Shown: piece after piece, positions 49,201-59,359 of the stretch
Position numbering within the stretch: the stretch's first letter is position 1
Layout of the letters: the number at the start of each line of letters is the position of its first letter
DNA from: a virus
Direction: 5' to 3' (one strand)
DNA length: 64,000 nucleotides
IMG/VR virus record: IMGVR_UViG_3300032289_001637
Coordinates: 30,159-94,158 of that record
Position numbers and translations under genes: made by a program
Notes under the pieces: model-generated
The model's input: the letters and a program-made list of their open reading frames with translations, nothing else
Told to the model about the DNA's origin: nothing
Databases searched by the model: none

Positions 49201-49786
49201 CTACTCCAGCAGTTATGTAAAAATTAATAGGTACTGCAGATGATGAAATTAGAGACATAGATCCTGAAGAAAATTGTGCACCCTTTAATTCTGCAATAAA
49301 AGTTTTAACAGTAGATACTGTTTGAATATTTTTATTTGAAATAGATATAAAAGCTGGATTATTTAATTCTGATATTGCTTGAACAAGGATTGTGTCTGGA
49401 TTTAAATTTTCTGGAGGATTAGAATAAAAGTCTGTTAATGGTATTGAAATAGATCCAGTTCCAGATGTAAAATTAACTAATTTTTGAATGCTATAGGATA
49501 ATGGCTGAAACTTTAAAACTTCTTCCCAAATAGCACCTCCAGGAACTGCATTATAAATATAAACAACTCCATACTTTCCACCGTCAAGTTTTTGATTTAT
49601 ATATAAATCTTTTACTTTTGCACTTGTTAAAATAGAAACGTTTTCAGGTGCAGTTGGAGGTCCTAGTCCAAAAAAGAACTGAGATCCTCTTTCTCCTTCT
49701 GGACCAATATCAACACTTACAGATACTGAAGCAGGTGGTCCAACTACAACTAATTCATCATTAGATATAATAGTATCTATTGCCAT
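49193..49786 (-). CDS. Structural/fibre adaptor protein
   Basis: DIGPEGERGS short collagen-like motif, DLYIN. Confidence 0.55.
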   Translation of the reverse strand: MAIDTIISNDELVVVGPPASVSVSVDIGPEGERGSQFFFGLGPPTAPENVSILTSAKVKDLYINQKLDGGKYGVVYIYNAVPGGAIWEEVLKFQPLSYSIQKLVNFTSGTGSISIPLTDFYSNPPENLNPDTILVQAISELNNPAFISISNKNIQTVSTVKTFIAELKGAQFSSGSMSLISSSAVPINFYITAGVGA

Positions 49787-49787
49787 A

Positions 49788-50174
49788 CTAAGTTACCGCC
49801 ACATCTTGTGTAACATTTATTGTTCCAGTTAAAAGTGTGAATACTTTTCCAAAAGAGGATGAAGACGCACTTGTGTTTTGAATCTGAAGATCATATATGT
49901 ATGATGGAGCTGTTAACTTTCTGCCTCCAGATGGTTTTATAGTACAGGAAACACGTTCTCCATTTTGTACTATTGCTGAAGCATCTGTTGAGGCAGTAAC
50001 AGAGTTTATAGCAGCTGCAGATGCTGATCCACCTCTAACTGTAGAAACTAAGAAAAGTGCGGTATAACTAGAAAGATCATCAAATACTCCACCAGTAGAA
50101 TTTTTGGGGTATACAAAAAACTCAAAGGTATCACCAGCATAATAGTTAAAGTTATATGTTCCTGGAAATGCCAT
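49788..50174 (-). CDS. Ig-like adaptor structural protein
   Basis: GDTF...YIYDLQI...LLTGTINV; paralog of 57504-57857. Confidence 0.6.
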   Translation of the reverse strand: MAFPGTYNFNYYAGDTFEFFVYPKNSTGGVFDDLSSYTALFLVSTVRGGSASAAAINSVTASTDASAIVQNGERVSCTIKPSGGRKLTAPSYIYDLQIQNTSASSSSFGKVFTLLTGTINVTQDVAVT

Positions 50175-50319
50175 AGTTAATCACCTTAAATTATTATACC
50201 ATGTTTGATTTTATAGTTCTATTTATATCTGGTATTTATTACAGTAAATAAACATTATAAAATAGTCAAATTAGTCTTGAATAGAGTAATCTGTTCTACT
50301 TGTCATTGTTTAATCATCC

Positions 50320-52677
50320 TTATGTTGAAAGACCGATAGTGTTGCTATAAGCTGAATTTCCAATAGCGTTTGTATGGTAGACATTAAAAAAGGAAGTATC
50401 ATTATTTTCAAAATCTACAGGCATAGTAACTTCCCAACTTTCACCATTAGGATAGGATTGTGTAGAAGTAGAAACGTATGGACCATCGGTTTTTACTAAT
50501 GTACTGCTTGTAATTGGACTTCCATTATTATTAGTATATGGAGAAGATATATAATGTCTTGTAATGTATCCTACAATAAACTCGCCATATTCATCATAAA
50601 CGGCTTCTTGACCTCCGCCAGAAGAACTAATAGTTGGAGCGTCTGGAACAGAGGCAGAAGAAGGAGTTGTTGCACTTGCAGATGCAGTTGGACCCTCACC
50701 AGCAGAGTTATTAGCAGCAACTGTATATGAATAGGTTGTAGAACCAGCCAATCCACTATCGCTAAATGAAGTATTGGGAGGATAAGTAGTGTAAATTATT
50801 GATCCATTTCTTCTAACTGTGTAACTGCTAATTGAAGCACCACCATTGCTAGATGGTGCACTCCAACTTAGAGTAATAGCACTGGAGCTGGTTGCAGTTG
50901 CAGTAAATGACTGTGGTGCAGAAGGCACATTTGCAAGAGTTGTTCTGCTTACTGAGGCAGTAGGTCCATTACCAATTGAGTTAGTTGCTAAGACAGTATA
51001 CGAATAATTTGTAGCAAAAGACAATCCAGTATCATTAAAAGATGTATTAGGTCCTGTGTAGATCGTTGTAGCACCACGTTTTAATGTATAACTTGTAATA
51101 TTTCCTCCACCAATACTTGAAGGTAATGCCCAACTTAAGTTAATTTGCGTAGAACTTGCTGCGGTAGCAGTAAATGACTGCGGAGCAGTAGGAGTAAATA
51201 CAGGATTTACCCAAGCGGATCCATTCCAAGATTTTGTTGAACTAGTAACCCAACTTGATCCATTCCAAATTTTTGGATATACTGCAACATTAACAGAACC
51301 ATTAAAAATAATTGTTTTTCCACCTACTTGTGTTGTAGCACTTGCAGTTGCTGGTGAGATACTAGAACCATTTGCATTTACCGCATAAACAGTATAAGTA
51401 TATGATGTTTCAGGTGATAGCCCTGTATTACTATAAGACGTTCCAGTTGGGCTTGAAATTAATGTTGCATCACGATATATCTGATATCCAGTAATTGCTG
51501 AACCACCATCACTTGAAGGAGCAGACCAGGATAAATCTACTTGTGATTCACTTACTGCAGTTGCTGAAAAAGATGTTGGTGTTCCTGGAATAGTAGATAA
51601 TGTTGTTGCAGAAGCGGTATTTGATACGCCACCTTGACCCGTATTATTTGTTGCATAAACAGTATAAGAATAAGAAGTATTAGCAGATAATCCAGTATCA
51701 TTAAATGAAGTTCCAGTTGAATTATAAACTAAAGTTGGACTTCCACCTGATGGGGTACGATACAACTGATAACTTACAGTTCCATTTGTACCAACATAAG
51801 CTGGAGCAGTCCAAGATAAGTTAATTTGTGAACTGCTTGCAGCAGTAGCACTAAGGGATGTTGGAGCACCTGGAAGTGTAGCATAAGTATTTGTAAAAAC
51901 AATATCTGGAATACCTACAGAAGTTATAGAATAAGATATTGTTACTGTTATTGTGTATGCTCCTGGATTAGCATATGCTGCAGTTTTTGTTACTGTTTGA
52001 GGACTTGTGTTAAAATTTCTACCAGCTGCCATATTGTTTATAACTTGGTTAGCAGAGCCATCTCCCCAGTTAATAGACATATTTTTAGCAAGGGTTCCAT
52101 TAATTCCACCCAAAGTTACTCTAGGCTGATTGGTTGCTACTGTAGTAACAGAACGAGATATAGTTCCAGCATCATACAAATCATATGTTGCTGTTCCAAC
52201 CATTCTCCTGTTAGTGGTTTGAGTACCAGACAGAAGTAGGGGACCAGCATCGCCAGTACCTTCATAATTTGAAACTCTTGTACTAAAGTCTCCCTCGATA
52301 ACTTGCCAAGCAGTTGGGGACGATGCAAATCTTGAATAACCAACAAATACTTGATTACCACTACCAACATATACATCGCTGATATTAAATATTCTTGCAG
52401 TAAAAGGGGAAACAGTATCACTTGGTGCAGAAACTGCCCCCGTTACGGCTATTGAGTTTCCATCGTTATTCCATATGTTTCCATAAAGACTTGATGTGGC
52501 GGTATTGCCAGAGCAGTTAAGTGTTAATGATGTAAATATCACACCTTCATATCCACCAGACATACTAATGTCACTACCAACAGTAATTCTTGTACCTATT
52601 GCATATGGGGCTTGATTGGCTGTACGAAAATTAGCTGGAAATGGAGAAGATGAGGAAGCAAGAGTTAATACTGCCAT
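50320..52677 (-). CDS. Virion protein with multiple FN3 domains
   Basis: At least four INLSW...YSYTV units; internal WNGxxW motifs; N-terminal domain paralogous to 46769-48184. Confidence 0.8.
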   Translation of the reverse strand: MAVLTLASSSSPFPANFRTANQAPYAIGTRITVGSDISMSGGYEGVIFTSLTLNCSGNTATSSLYGNIWNNDGNSIAVTGAVSAPSDTVSPFTARIFNISDVYVGSGNQVFVGYSRFASSPTAWQVIEGDFSTRVSNYEGTGDAGPLLLSGTQTTNRRMVGTATYDLYDAGTISRSVTTVATNQPRVTLGGINGTLAKNMSINWGDGSANQVINNMAAGRNFNTSPQTVTKTAAYANPGAYTITVTISYSITSVGIPDIVFTNTYATLPGAPTSLSATAASSSQINLSWTAPAYVGTNGTVSYQLYRTPSGGSPTLVYNSTGTSFNDTGLSANTSYSYTVYATNNTGQGGVSNTASATTLSTIPGTPTSFSATAVSESQVDLSWSAPSSDGGSAITGYQIYRDATLISSPTGTSYSNTGLSPETSYTYTVYAVNANGSSISPATASATTQVGGKTIIFNGSVNVAVYPKIWNGSSWVTSSTKSWNGSAWVNPVFTPTAPQSFTATAASSTQINLSWALPSSIGGGNITSYTLKRGATTIYTGPNTSFNDTGLSFATNYSYTVLATNSIGNGPTASVSRTTLANVPSAPQSFTATATSSSAITLSWSAPSSNGGASISSYTVRRNGSIIYTTYPPNTSFSDSGLAGSTTYSYTVAANNSAGEGPTASASATTPSSASVPDAPTISSSGGGQEAVYDEYGEFIVGYITRHYISSPYTNNNGSPITSSTLVKTDGPYVSTSTQSYPNGESWEVTMPVDFENNDTSFFNVYHTNAIGNSAYSNTIGLST

Positions 52678-52961
52678 TACAAATCATCTCCAATATAATT
52701 TGGAGAATTTGGATCATTAAGAATATCTTCTAAAACAACTTCATCTAATGGATCTGGAATCTCAACAGGGGTAAAAATATTTGATGCAATTTCGTGTGTT
52801 ACATTCCAAATATCACCACTATCGTTAATTATCATAGGACCATCTCCATTAATTTTATCAACACAAGGACAACAATTAGTACAACATAATCCACTATATG
52901 AATGGCAAAGATATTCTGTGTGGGGATTGTAACAAGTTTTGCAATAAAATATTTGTAACAC
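52677..52961 (-). CDS. Small Cys-rich protein
   Basis: AGGAG RBS with GTG start; CxxC...C...CCxxCCPC. Confidence 0.55.
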   Translation of the reverse strand: MLQIFYCKTCYNPHTEYLCHSYSGLCCTNCCPCVDKINGDGPMIINDSGDIWNVTHEIASNIFTPVEIPDPLDEVVLEDILNDPNSPNYIGDDL

Positions 52962-52970
52962 TTATTTCTC

Positions 52971-55139
52971 CTAATATGCAATCCAGATATCGCCAGCAAC
53001 TAGGCTGGTTCCATCTGGTCTAGTTGTTGGGTTTGATCCTGTTCCTGTCATAACTACTCTTCCTACTCCAAATGTACCATTATAAAAAGAAGCTACTGCA
53101 ATATTTTTAGATGCTGCAATGCTTACTGCTCCAGAAAGAGCTAAATTGTTATTGATTGTTGTAGTTCCAGTTGCTGCACCCATAGACAAGGTAGTTGCTG
53201 CACCACCAATATTTAGTGTTGTTGCTCCTGTATTAATTAAATTAAAAGATGAAGATAGTGTTGTTATGCTTGTAGTAATTTCAGGGGAAATGCTAAATAC
53301 TGCTTTAGCACTAGAAGAGAATCCAGTCTCATCATTTATTAGTGCTGCTAATTCTGCAGAACTGGTAAATGATGATCCGCCACCCGAAACTGTTCCCCAT
53401 TCTAGGGCAGTACCACCAGAATTAACTCTAAGAACTTGACCTGCTGTGCCAAGTGTACCATTTAATAATAAATTTTTACCTGATGCAAGACTAATATGTT
53501 CTGATGAAGTCCAAGCGGATGTGGCATTAAGCCAGTTAAATGTTTTATCTGTAGTCCCTTTAAGGGTTATACCACCGCCATTTGCACTGGTATTTGAAGG
53601 ACCAATTACGTTAAATGTTAATTGTCCTGCGGTATTTGCAGATGCTGATGTAAATGTAAATTGTGTTGCACTATCAACAGATGTAACCGTAGTTACTCCG
53701 CCAAATGCTCCAGATCCAGAAATTTTAGTTATTACCATTCCTGGAATTATTCCAGCAGTATTTGTTCCAGTCATTGTTGTTGTTGTGGCAGTAGAGGAAA
53801 TTATTCCAAATCTTGAATCTGATAAGACGGAACCTAATTCAATGTTTTTGTCATTAACAGTTAGTGTTGCAGAATCAATAGTAGTAGTTGTACCATTAAC
53901 CGTTAAGTTTCCATTAAGATACAGTGATGTAGCAGTAATATCGCCAGTACTAATTGATCCTGGAAGAGTTAGAAATCCATTAATTTGAGTAAAAGATCCA
54001 GTACTACCAATTATAATAGTTCTAGAAAGTCCAGTTCCAGTTCCAATATTAACATTTATAAATGCTTCTGCTTCTGGAATTTCACTAGTATTTCCTGTTC
54101 CAATATTAATAATTTGACTGGAATTGCCAGTTGGTGCATATACATCTCTAACAGAATAGTTATCTGTTATTGTAATATCTGAACCAGCACTTTGAATTGT
54201 TCCACCAGAAAGGATGTTATTAGTAGCAGTTATATTTGTATATCCAGTAGACTTACCAATAGTTAAGTTATTTGTTGTATTAAATGCTGAAAATGTAGAA
54301 CCGCCGATAATACTTGTAGTAAATGTAGGGCTTGCACTAAATACCAAAGAACCACTTCCAGTTTCATTTGAAATAATACCAGCTAATTCTGCTGAAGTGG
54401 TAGAAGCAAACTGAGATAATTTACCAGAAGTTGTTGCAAGACCTGCTTCTACTGCTGTTTTATTAACCCATACGCCGTTTGAAAAATCATATGATAGTAA
54501 ATCATTATTTTGAACAGATCCAGAAATTGAAACATCGTGCATCCATTCTAAATGATTATTTCCTGGAAAAATTCTTACTGCAATTTGTCCAGTGGATGCG
54601 TGACGAACGGTAATAAAAGCAACAGCCAGGTCGTGCTGTGGTCTTACCTTAGTAAGTTTTCCAGCAACAGTTGGATGAGCAAAAAGAATATCTCCTGCAG
54701 CCCATGTTTCATCGCCAACAGCTATACTACTAGCAACGTTACCTCTAGTATCTAGTCCAGTTAAAGTTCCAAAACTTATTACTTCTCCATTAACACCGTT
54801 AGAAATATTTGCAGTAGCCATACCCATAACAGTTAGTTCTGAGTTAATTCCACCAACTGCTGCAAAAGGCTCTACGTCTATTCTTCCACTAGGCTCTGCT
54901 CCTGAAGCATAAACCAAAGTTCCCTTTAATATTGTTGATCCAGTATTATTTCTAACTAAATAAACAGAACTAGTTGACTTAGAATTAACGTCACCTGCAC
55001 CAAGGACTGACCAAGCTCCTGCTTGGTAAATCTTTGCAACAGATGCTGAAGAATTAAAATATAGCTCGCCTTCAGAGCCAGTAGCTGGATCTGTATCCAA
55101 TACTACTAAATTTAATCCTGTTAAAAATTTCTTTGCCAT
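52971..55139 (-). CDS. Tail/capsid fibre protein (start MAKKFL, 55139)
   Basis: GNLTVNGTTTT, VNDKNIELG, TSAELA repeats, C-terminal GDIWI. Confidence 0.75.
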   Translation of the reverse strand: MAKKFLTGLNLVVLDTDPATGSEGELYFNSSASVAKIYQAGAWSVLGAGDVNSKSTSSVYLVRNNTGSTILKGTLVYASGAEPSGRIDVEPFAAVGGINSELTVMGMATANISNGVNGEVISFGTLTGLDTRGNVASSIAVGDETWAAGDILFAHPTVAGKLTKVRPQHDLAVAFITVRHASTGQIAVRIFPGNNHLEWMHDVSISGSVQNNDLLSYDFSNGVWVNKTAVEAGLATTSGKLSQFASTTSAELAGIISNETGSGSLVFSASPTFTTSIIGGSTFSAFNTTNNLTIGKSTGYTNITATNNILSGGTIQSAGSDITITDNYSVRDVYAPTGNSSQIINIGTGNTSEIPEAEAFINVNIGTGTGLSRTIIIGSTGSFTQINGFLTLPGSISTGDITATSLYLNGNLTVNGTTTTIDSATLTVNDKNIELGSVLSDSRFGIISSTATTTTMTGTNTAGIIPGMVITKISGSGAFGGVTTVTSVDSATQFTFTSASANTAGQLTFNVIGPSNTSANGGGITLKGTTDKTFNWLNATSAWTSSEHISLASGKNLLLNGTLGTAGQVLRVNSGGTALEWGTVSGGGSSFTSSAELAALINDETGFSSSAKAVFSISPEITTSITTLSSSFNLINTGATTLNIGGAATTLSMGAATGTTTINNNLALSGAVSIAASKNIAVASFYNGTFGVGRVVMTGTGSNPTTRPDGTSLVAGDIWIAY

Positions 55140-55159
55140 ATTTTTCCTTTTAAATATGA

Positions 55160-55185
55160 GGGGCTGGGGTTTATTCCAGCCCCCC
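55160..55185. promoter_or_regulatory. GC-rich hairpin in 5' leader/intergenic region
   Basis: GGGGCTGG...CCAGCCCC stem just downstream of a TATAAT on the minus strand. Confidence 0.5.
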
Positions 55186-55200
55186 ACATTATATTATACT

Positions 55201-57012
55201 TTATCCAATTACTACAACACGGTAAGTGTCAGCATTAATTGTTGTTGCACTATTGATTTTAATAGTTATAGCAGATGTTGATGTATGTTGTACATCTACT
55301 TCTACCTGTGCATAATCAGCAGCAACTTCATATACTTGAACTGTTACATCCTTGGTTCCAAGGTTATGTGTTACAGTCCATGTGCATACTCCAGCGGTTG
55401 ATGTTAGTGATGTATTGCCAATTGCATATTTCTTTGGGAATCCATCAGTTACTAACTTTGATTCTACAGAAGAAATATCAACAGCAAGACCACTACCAGT
55501 TGTCAAATAGCTTGTTGAAGCTGTAATGATACCAGCAGTTAATGTTCCAGCACTTCCAGAATTATCTGAATATGTGAAATCAATCGTTGAAGAGTCTGTT
55601 AGCATTGTGCCAACTGTATCTTCAACATACTCCTGTAATCCAGTTATATCAGATGTTGCATGTGTATGACCTTCAAGAGAGATAGCAGTTTCACTACCTA
55701 GCAATCCAGCTGACCACTTATCTGATGATTCATTCCAAATTAAAGAAGCATTGGTTGAATCACCACGCTCAACTTCAATACCTGCATTTGCTGCAGGAAC
55801 TCCAGTTACGTTGCTATTAAGGGTAATTTGATTATCCTCAACTAGCAAAGTTTCTGTATTTAAAGTTGTTACGCTTCCGCTTACAGTTAGATTACCAGTT
55901 ACACCAAGATTTCCTCCGATTGTTACATCGTCTGGAAGACCAACTGTAATTGCTCCAGCAGATGCTGAAACAGTTACTTCATTAGCTGTTCCTGTGATAG
56001 ATGTCACACCAGTATTAGTAATAACTAGGCTTGAACCTTCACCACCTGAACCAGTTACACTGATACCTGCACCAGATGCACTTGCACCTGATACATAGTC
56101 ACCAGTTGTATCTGTACCAAGAGCAACAGAGTTTGCTGCAATAGTTGCTTCAATCGTTACATTCTGACTTCCGTTAAAGTTAACGCTACCACTTAGATCA
56201 CCACTAAGACCTATAGACCTTTCTGTCTGTAAGGTAGAAGCAGTGCTTGCGTTACCAGTTAAAGCACCAGTTACGTTTGCTGTAATTGAGTCTGGAAGAC
56301 CAATTGTTACTGCTCCAGCAGATCCTGAAACGGTTACTTCATTAGCTGTTCCAGCAACGGATGTTACACCAGTGTTAGAAATGGTTAGAGTTGAACCTTC
56401 ACCACCTGAACCAGTTACGCTGATACCTGCACCAGATGCATTTGCACCTGCTACATAGTCACCAGTTGTATCTGCACCAAGAGCAACAGAATCTGCTACA
56501 ATATCTGCTGTAATTGTTACGTTCTGACTTCCGTCAAAACTAACACTACCACTTAAAGATCCACCAAGACCGATAGATCTTGCTGTCTGTAAGGTATTAG
56601 CAGTGCTTGCGTTACCAGTTAAAGCACCAGTCACGTTTGCTGTAATTGAGTCTGGGAGACCAATTGTTACTGCTCCAGCTGATGCTGAAACGGTTACTTC
56701 ATTAACTGTTCCAGAAACACTAGTCACACCAGTATTTGAAATTGTAAGAGAGTTACCAGCATCATCATAGTTTAATGATATTCCAGTTCCGCTATCAAGT
56801 AGATCATTTACTGCATCTCCAATAAGTTCAACAGAGCCAACGGGTTCCCATTGACTAGTTGTACCATTGTAGACTTTTAGCGACTGAATAACGGTATTAA
56901 AATAAAGTTGACCAGCAACTCCAGTACCTGGATCTGTAGCCAAATTATGTATAACACCATTTTGCAATTCATTACGATTTAAATCAATACTTGTTAAAAA
57001 TTTTCTAGACAT
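55201..57012 (-). CDS. Fibre/decoration protein with internal 120-aa duplication
   Basis: SVALGxDTTGDYV twice at 360-bp spacing; C-terminal VTHNLGT domain. Confidence 0.75.
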   Translation of the reverse strand: MSRKFLTSIDLNRNELQNGVIHNLATDPGTGVAGQLYFNTVIQSLKVYNGTTSQWEPVGSVELIGDAVNDLLDSGTGISLNYDDAGNSLTISNTGVTSVSGTVNEVTVSASAGAVTIGLPDSITANVTGALTGNASTANTLQTARSIGLGGSLSGSVSFDGSQNVTITADIVADSVALGADTTGDYVAGANASGAGISVTGSGGEGSTLTISNTGVTSVAGTANEVTVSGSAGAVTIGLPDSITANVTGALTGNASTASTLQTERSIGLSGDLSGSVNFNGSQNVTIEATIAANSVALGTDTTGDYVSGASASGAGISVTGSGGEGSSLVITNTGVTSITGTANEVTVSASAGAITVGLPDDVTIGGNLGVTGNLTVSGSVTTLNTETLLVEDNQITLNSNVTGVPAANAGIEVERGDSTNASLIWNESSDKWSAGLLGSETAISLEGHTHATSDITGLQEYVEDTVGTMLTDSSTIDFTYSDNSGSAGTLTAGIITASTSYLTTGSGLAVDISSVESKLVTDGFPKKYAIGNTSLTSTAGVCTWTVTHNLGTKDVTVQVYEVAADYAQVEVDVQHTSTSAITIKINSATTINADTYRVVVIG

Positions 57013-57030
57013 ATATTTTCACCTCCTTCA

Positions 57031-57504
57031 TTATGATAAATAAGCCCTTCCCGAAAATGCTCCGACAAAGGTTAAAACTACAGTACTTGAATTTGGATAG
57101 TTATATGACCCCTCAACAACTGTTCCTGATGTATCAACTACTGTAATATTAGGGGTAAACCCTAATCCATGTGTTATGTTCCATACTGAAGATGGTACTG
57201 ATTGAATATGAACATAACTAATCTCTTGACTTTGAGCTAAACCTGTTGGACTTCCCCAACCAGAATTTGTTTTTGGACCATACAAATTCATGTTTGATGT
57301 ATCTAAGTAAAAATCTCCAATAATGCCAATACCTATTGAAGGCACTCCAACGCCATTTAAAAGACCTGTACTTCTTGGACCTTGTGGACCAGAGGTTCCT
57401 AAATCTACGTTTACTATTTGTTCTGTTAAGTTTATATCTACGTTTGTTTCATTTATAGAAACATTATTATTTATTTGACTAAGCTCTACTTTAACTTCAG
57501 GCAT
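57031..57504 (-). CDS. Structural protein (short collagen motif and THxL domain)
   Basis: GPQGPR, GDFYLD..LYGPK, WNITHGLG. Confidence 0.65.
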   Translation of the reverse strand: MPEVKVELSQINNNVSINETNVDINLTEQIVNVDLGTSGPQGPRSTGLLNGVGVPSIGIGIIGDFYLDTSNMNLYGPKTNSGWGSPTGLAQSQEISYVHIQSVPSSVWNITHGLGFTPNITVVDTSGTVVEGSYNYPNSSTVVLTFVGAFSGRAYLS

Positions 57505-57857
57505 TATCTAGTTACCTCTGGAGTTACATTAAATGTACCTTCAATTAATCTATCAACAATATTTGATGGACTTACTATTTCTAGGTCATATACATGTGTT
57601 CCAGTAGGGAATTGAGATGTAGCACTTGCTGAAATTAATATATCAATTGTTCCAGCAGATCCACCTAATGTAATTCCACTACCAGATACTAATGATACTA
57701 ATGGATTTTGTGAATAATATGCTTCTCTTACTTGAAGTCTTGAGGAATAACCAGATAAATTTACTGGAACTTCATCCAAGGTGTATGTCAAAGTTCTTCT
57801 AAACGTGCTTCCTTGTGGACAAACAAAGTTTACAAGCCCTGGGGTCATTTTGGGCAC
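57504..57857 (-). CDS. Ig-like adaptor structural protein
   Basis: QGSTF...VNLSGY..RLQVR...VYDLEI...RLIEGTFNVTPEVT. Confidence 0.65.
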   Translation of the reverse strand: MPKMTPGLVNFVCPQGSTFRRTLTYTLDEVPVNLSGYSSRLQVREAYYSQNPLVSLVSGSGITLGGSAGTIDILISASATSQFPTGTHVYDLEIVSPSNIVDRLIEGTFNVTPEVTR

Positions 57858-57896
57858 TCCTATTTATTTCTTACTTTCCTATTATAGCAAACTATT

Positions 57897-58193
57897 TTAT
57901 TTCTTATCTGCAATATATGCTACTAGAACATCGTGAATTACTTTTACTTCTCCAGTTAACTGCTTAACATCTGCTTTAATTTCACCTTGATTTTCTGACA
58001 ATCCATTTACTTTATCTGCAAGGCTTGAGCCACCATTTGGAAATATCTGATGCTCTACACGATCAAGGCGATCTGCTATAGTTCTACCCTTTTCATCTTT
58101 ACCAAGAATTCTTTCAAATTTTCTTAGGGTTGCATATCCAACGCCTAGAATGGCGGTAAGTGATAAAAACATTTGCCAGTTTTCAACAAACAT
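57897..58193 (-). CDS. Membrane protein with coiled coil (likely start MFVENW)
   Basis: N-terminal TM helix, PNGGSSLADKV motif. Confidence 0.6.
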   Translation of the reverse strand: MFVENWQMFLSLTAILGVGYATLRKFERILGKDEKGRTIADRLDRVEHQIFPNGGSSLADKVNGLSENQGEIKADVKQLTGEVKVIHDVLVAYIADKK

Positions 58194-58280
58194 AGATATT
58201 GAATTATTCACGATTTTATGGTACAATCTCCTATAAGACTTAATCACAATTATAACATATAAATAACATAGGAGTAACAA

Positions 58281-58499
58281 ATGCCTGAAACAAAAGTAAA
58301 AGAAAAAGTATTAAAAATTGCAGATCGTTGTGATAGATGTGGTGCTCAAGCATTTGTACTTGCTAGTGGAGTTTCAGGGGAATTAATGTTTTGTGGTCAT
58401 CATTATCACAAATATGAATATGCAATTACTCAATGGGCTTATAAGATTGTTAATGAATTAGATACTATTAATGAAAAGTCTGCAAGTAGTAATATTTAA
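58281..58499 (+). CDS. Small Zn-finger protein resembling a conserved actinobacterial family
   Basis: ADRCDRCGAQA...ELMFCGHH; AGGAG RBS; TGGTACAAT upstream. Confidence 0.75.
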   Translation: MPETKVKEKVLKIADRCDRCGAQAFVLASGVSGELMFCGHHYHKYEYAITQWAYKIVNELDTINEKSASSNI

Positions 58500-59359
58500 T
58501 CCCAGTATCCTGGTCCATAATTTTCAAGTGTTAAACTCCAGGTAACTGCTGGACCTACACCAACAGCATTTACTGCTTGAACTGTTAATTCATAATCTCC
58601 CCATGAACCACCTACTGAATAAGAAGTTGAATAATATGGAGAAGTTCCATAATTTAAGAAATAGTAAAGAATAGGGCTGCCGTTATCCGCAGGTGGATCC
58701 CAATAAAAGTTACCAGAAAGGTTTGCAGTTTGAGCACTTCCATATGAAGTTAGAGCACTTGGGACACCAGCAAAAGTAGTAGCACTTGTTGCAGGGTTTG
58801 TATTAGGACCAGCACCAACAGAGTTGTTAGCACGAACTCTATATGAGTATCCAGTTGCAGGAGCTAATCCTGTATCACTAAATGAAGTAGTTGATCCATT
58901 TGCAGTGGTGTGAATTGGAGTTTCGTTTCTACTAATTGTGTAACTGGTAATAGCAGCACCACCGTTGCTAGATGGAGCAGCCCAACTTAGGTTAATGGAG
59001 TTACTACTTGCTGCAGTGGCAGTAAAGCTTTGTGGAGCAGTAGGAACAGTTGCAAGGGTTGTTGTACTAACTGATGCACTTATACTAGATCCAATAGAAT
59101 TATTTGCCGAAACTCTATATGAATAACTAGTTGCATTAGCCAATCCTGTGTCATTAAATGAAGTAACTGATCCACTTGCAGTTGTATGAATTGATGACAA
59201 ACCTCTATAAACTGTATAGTTCGTAATTGGTAAGCCTCCATCAAAACCAGGTGCGACCCAATTTAAAGATACAGAGTTACTTGTAGGACTTGCGGTAAAA
59301 GATGTAGGAGAACCAGGAACAGTTGCTCCACCTTGAGCAATAACACCAACAGGAATCAT
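58496..59359 (-). CDS. FN3-domain virion protein (start MIPVGV, 59359)
   Basis: Two to three FN3 units; TAATG coupling to the upstream fibre gene. Confidence 0.8.
   Translation of the reverse strand: MIPVGVIAQGGATVPGSPTSFTASPTSNSVSLNWVAPGFDGGLPITNYTVYRGLSSIHTTASGSVTSFNDTGLANATSYSYRVSANNSIGSSISASVSTTTLATVPTAPQSFTATAASSNSINLSWAAPSSNGGAAITSYTISRNETPIHTTANGSTTSFSDTGLAPATGYSYRVRANNSVGAGPNTNPATSATTFAGVPSALTSYGSAQTANLSGNFYWDPPADNGSPILYYFLNYGTSPYYSTSYSVGGSWGDYELTVQAVNAVGVGPAVTWSLTLENYGPGYWD

Noticed and set aside
50273-50308. Mini-ORF MTSRTDYSIQD after the FN3 gene
   Set aside because: Only 11 codons; could be a gene remnant, but no supporting homology is visible
407-56458. Numerous plus-strand ORFs antisense to long genes (e.g. 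35694-36362, 53446-53988, 48479-48976, 8993-9442)
   Set aside because: Shadow ORFs produced by the codon bias and low-complexity repeats of the real minus-strand genes; no RBS or recognisable motifs
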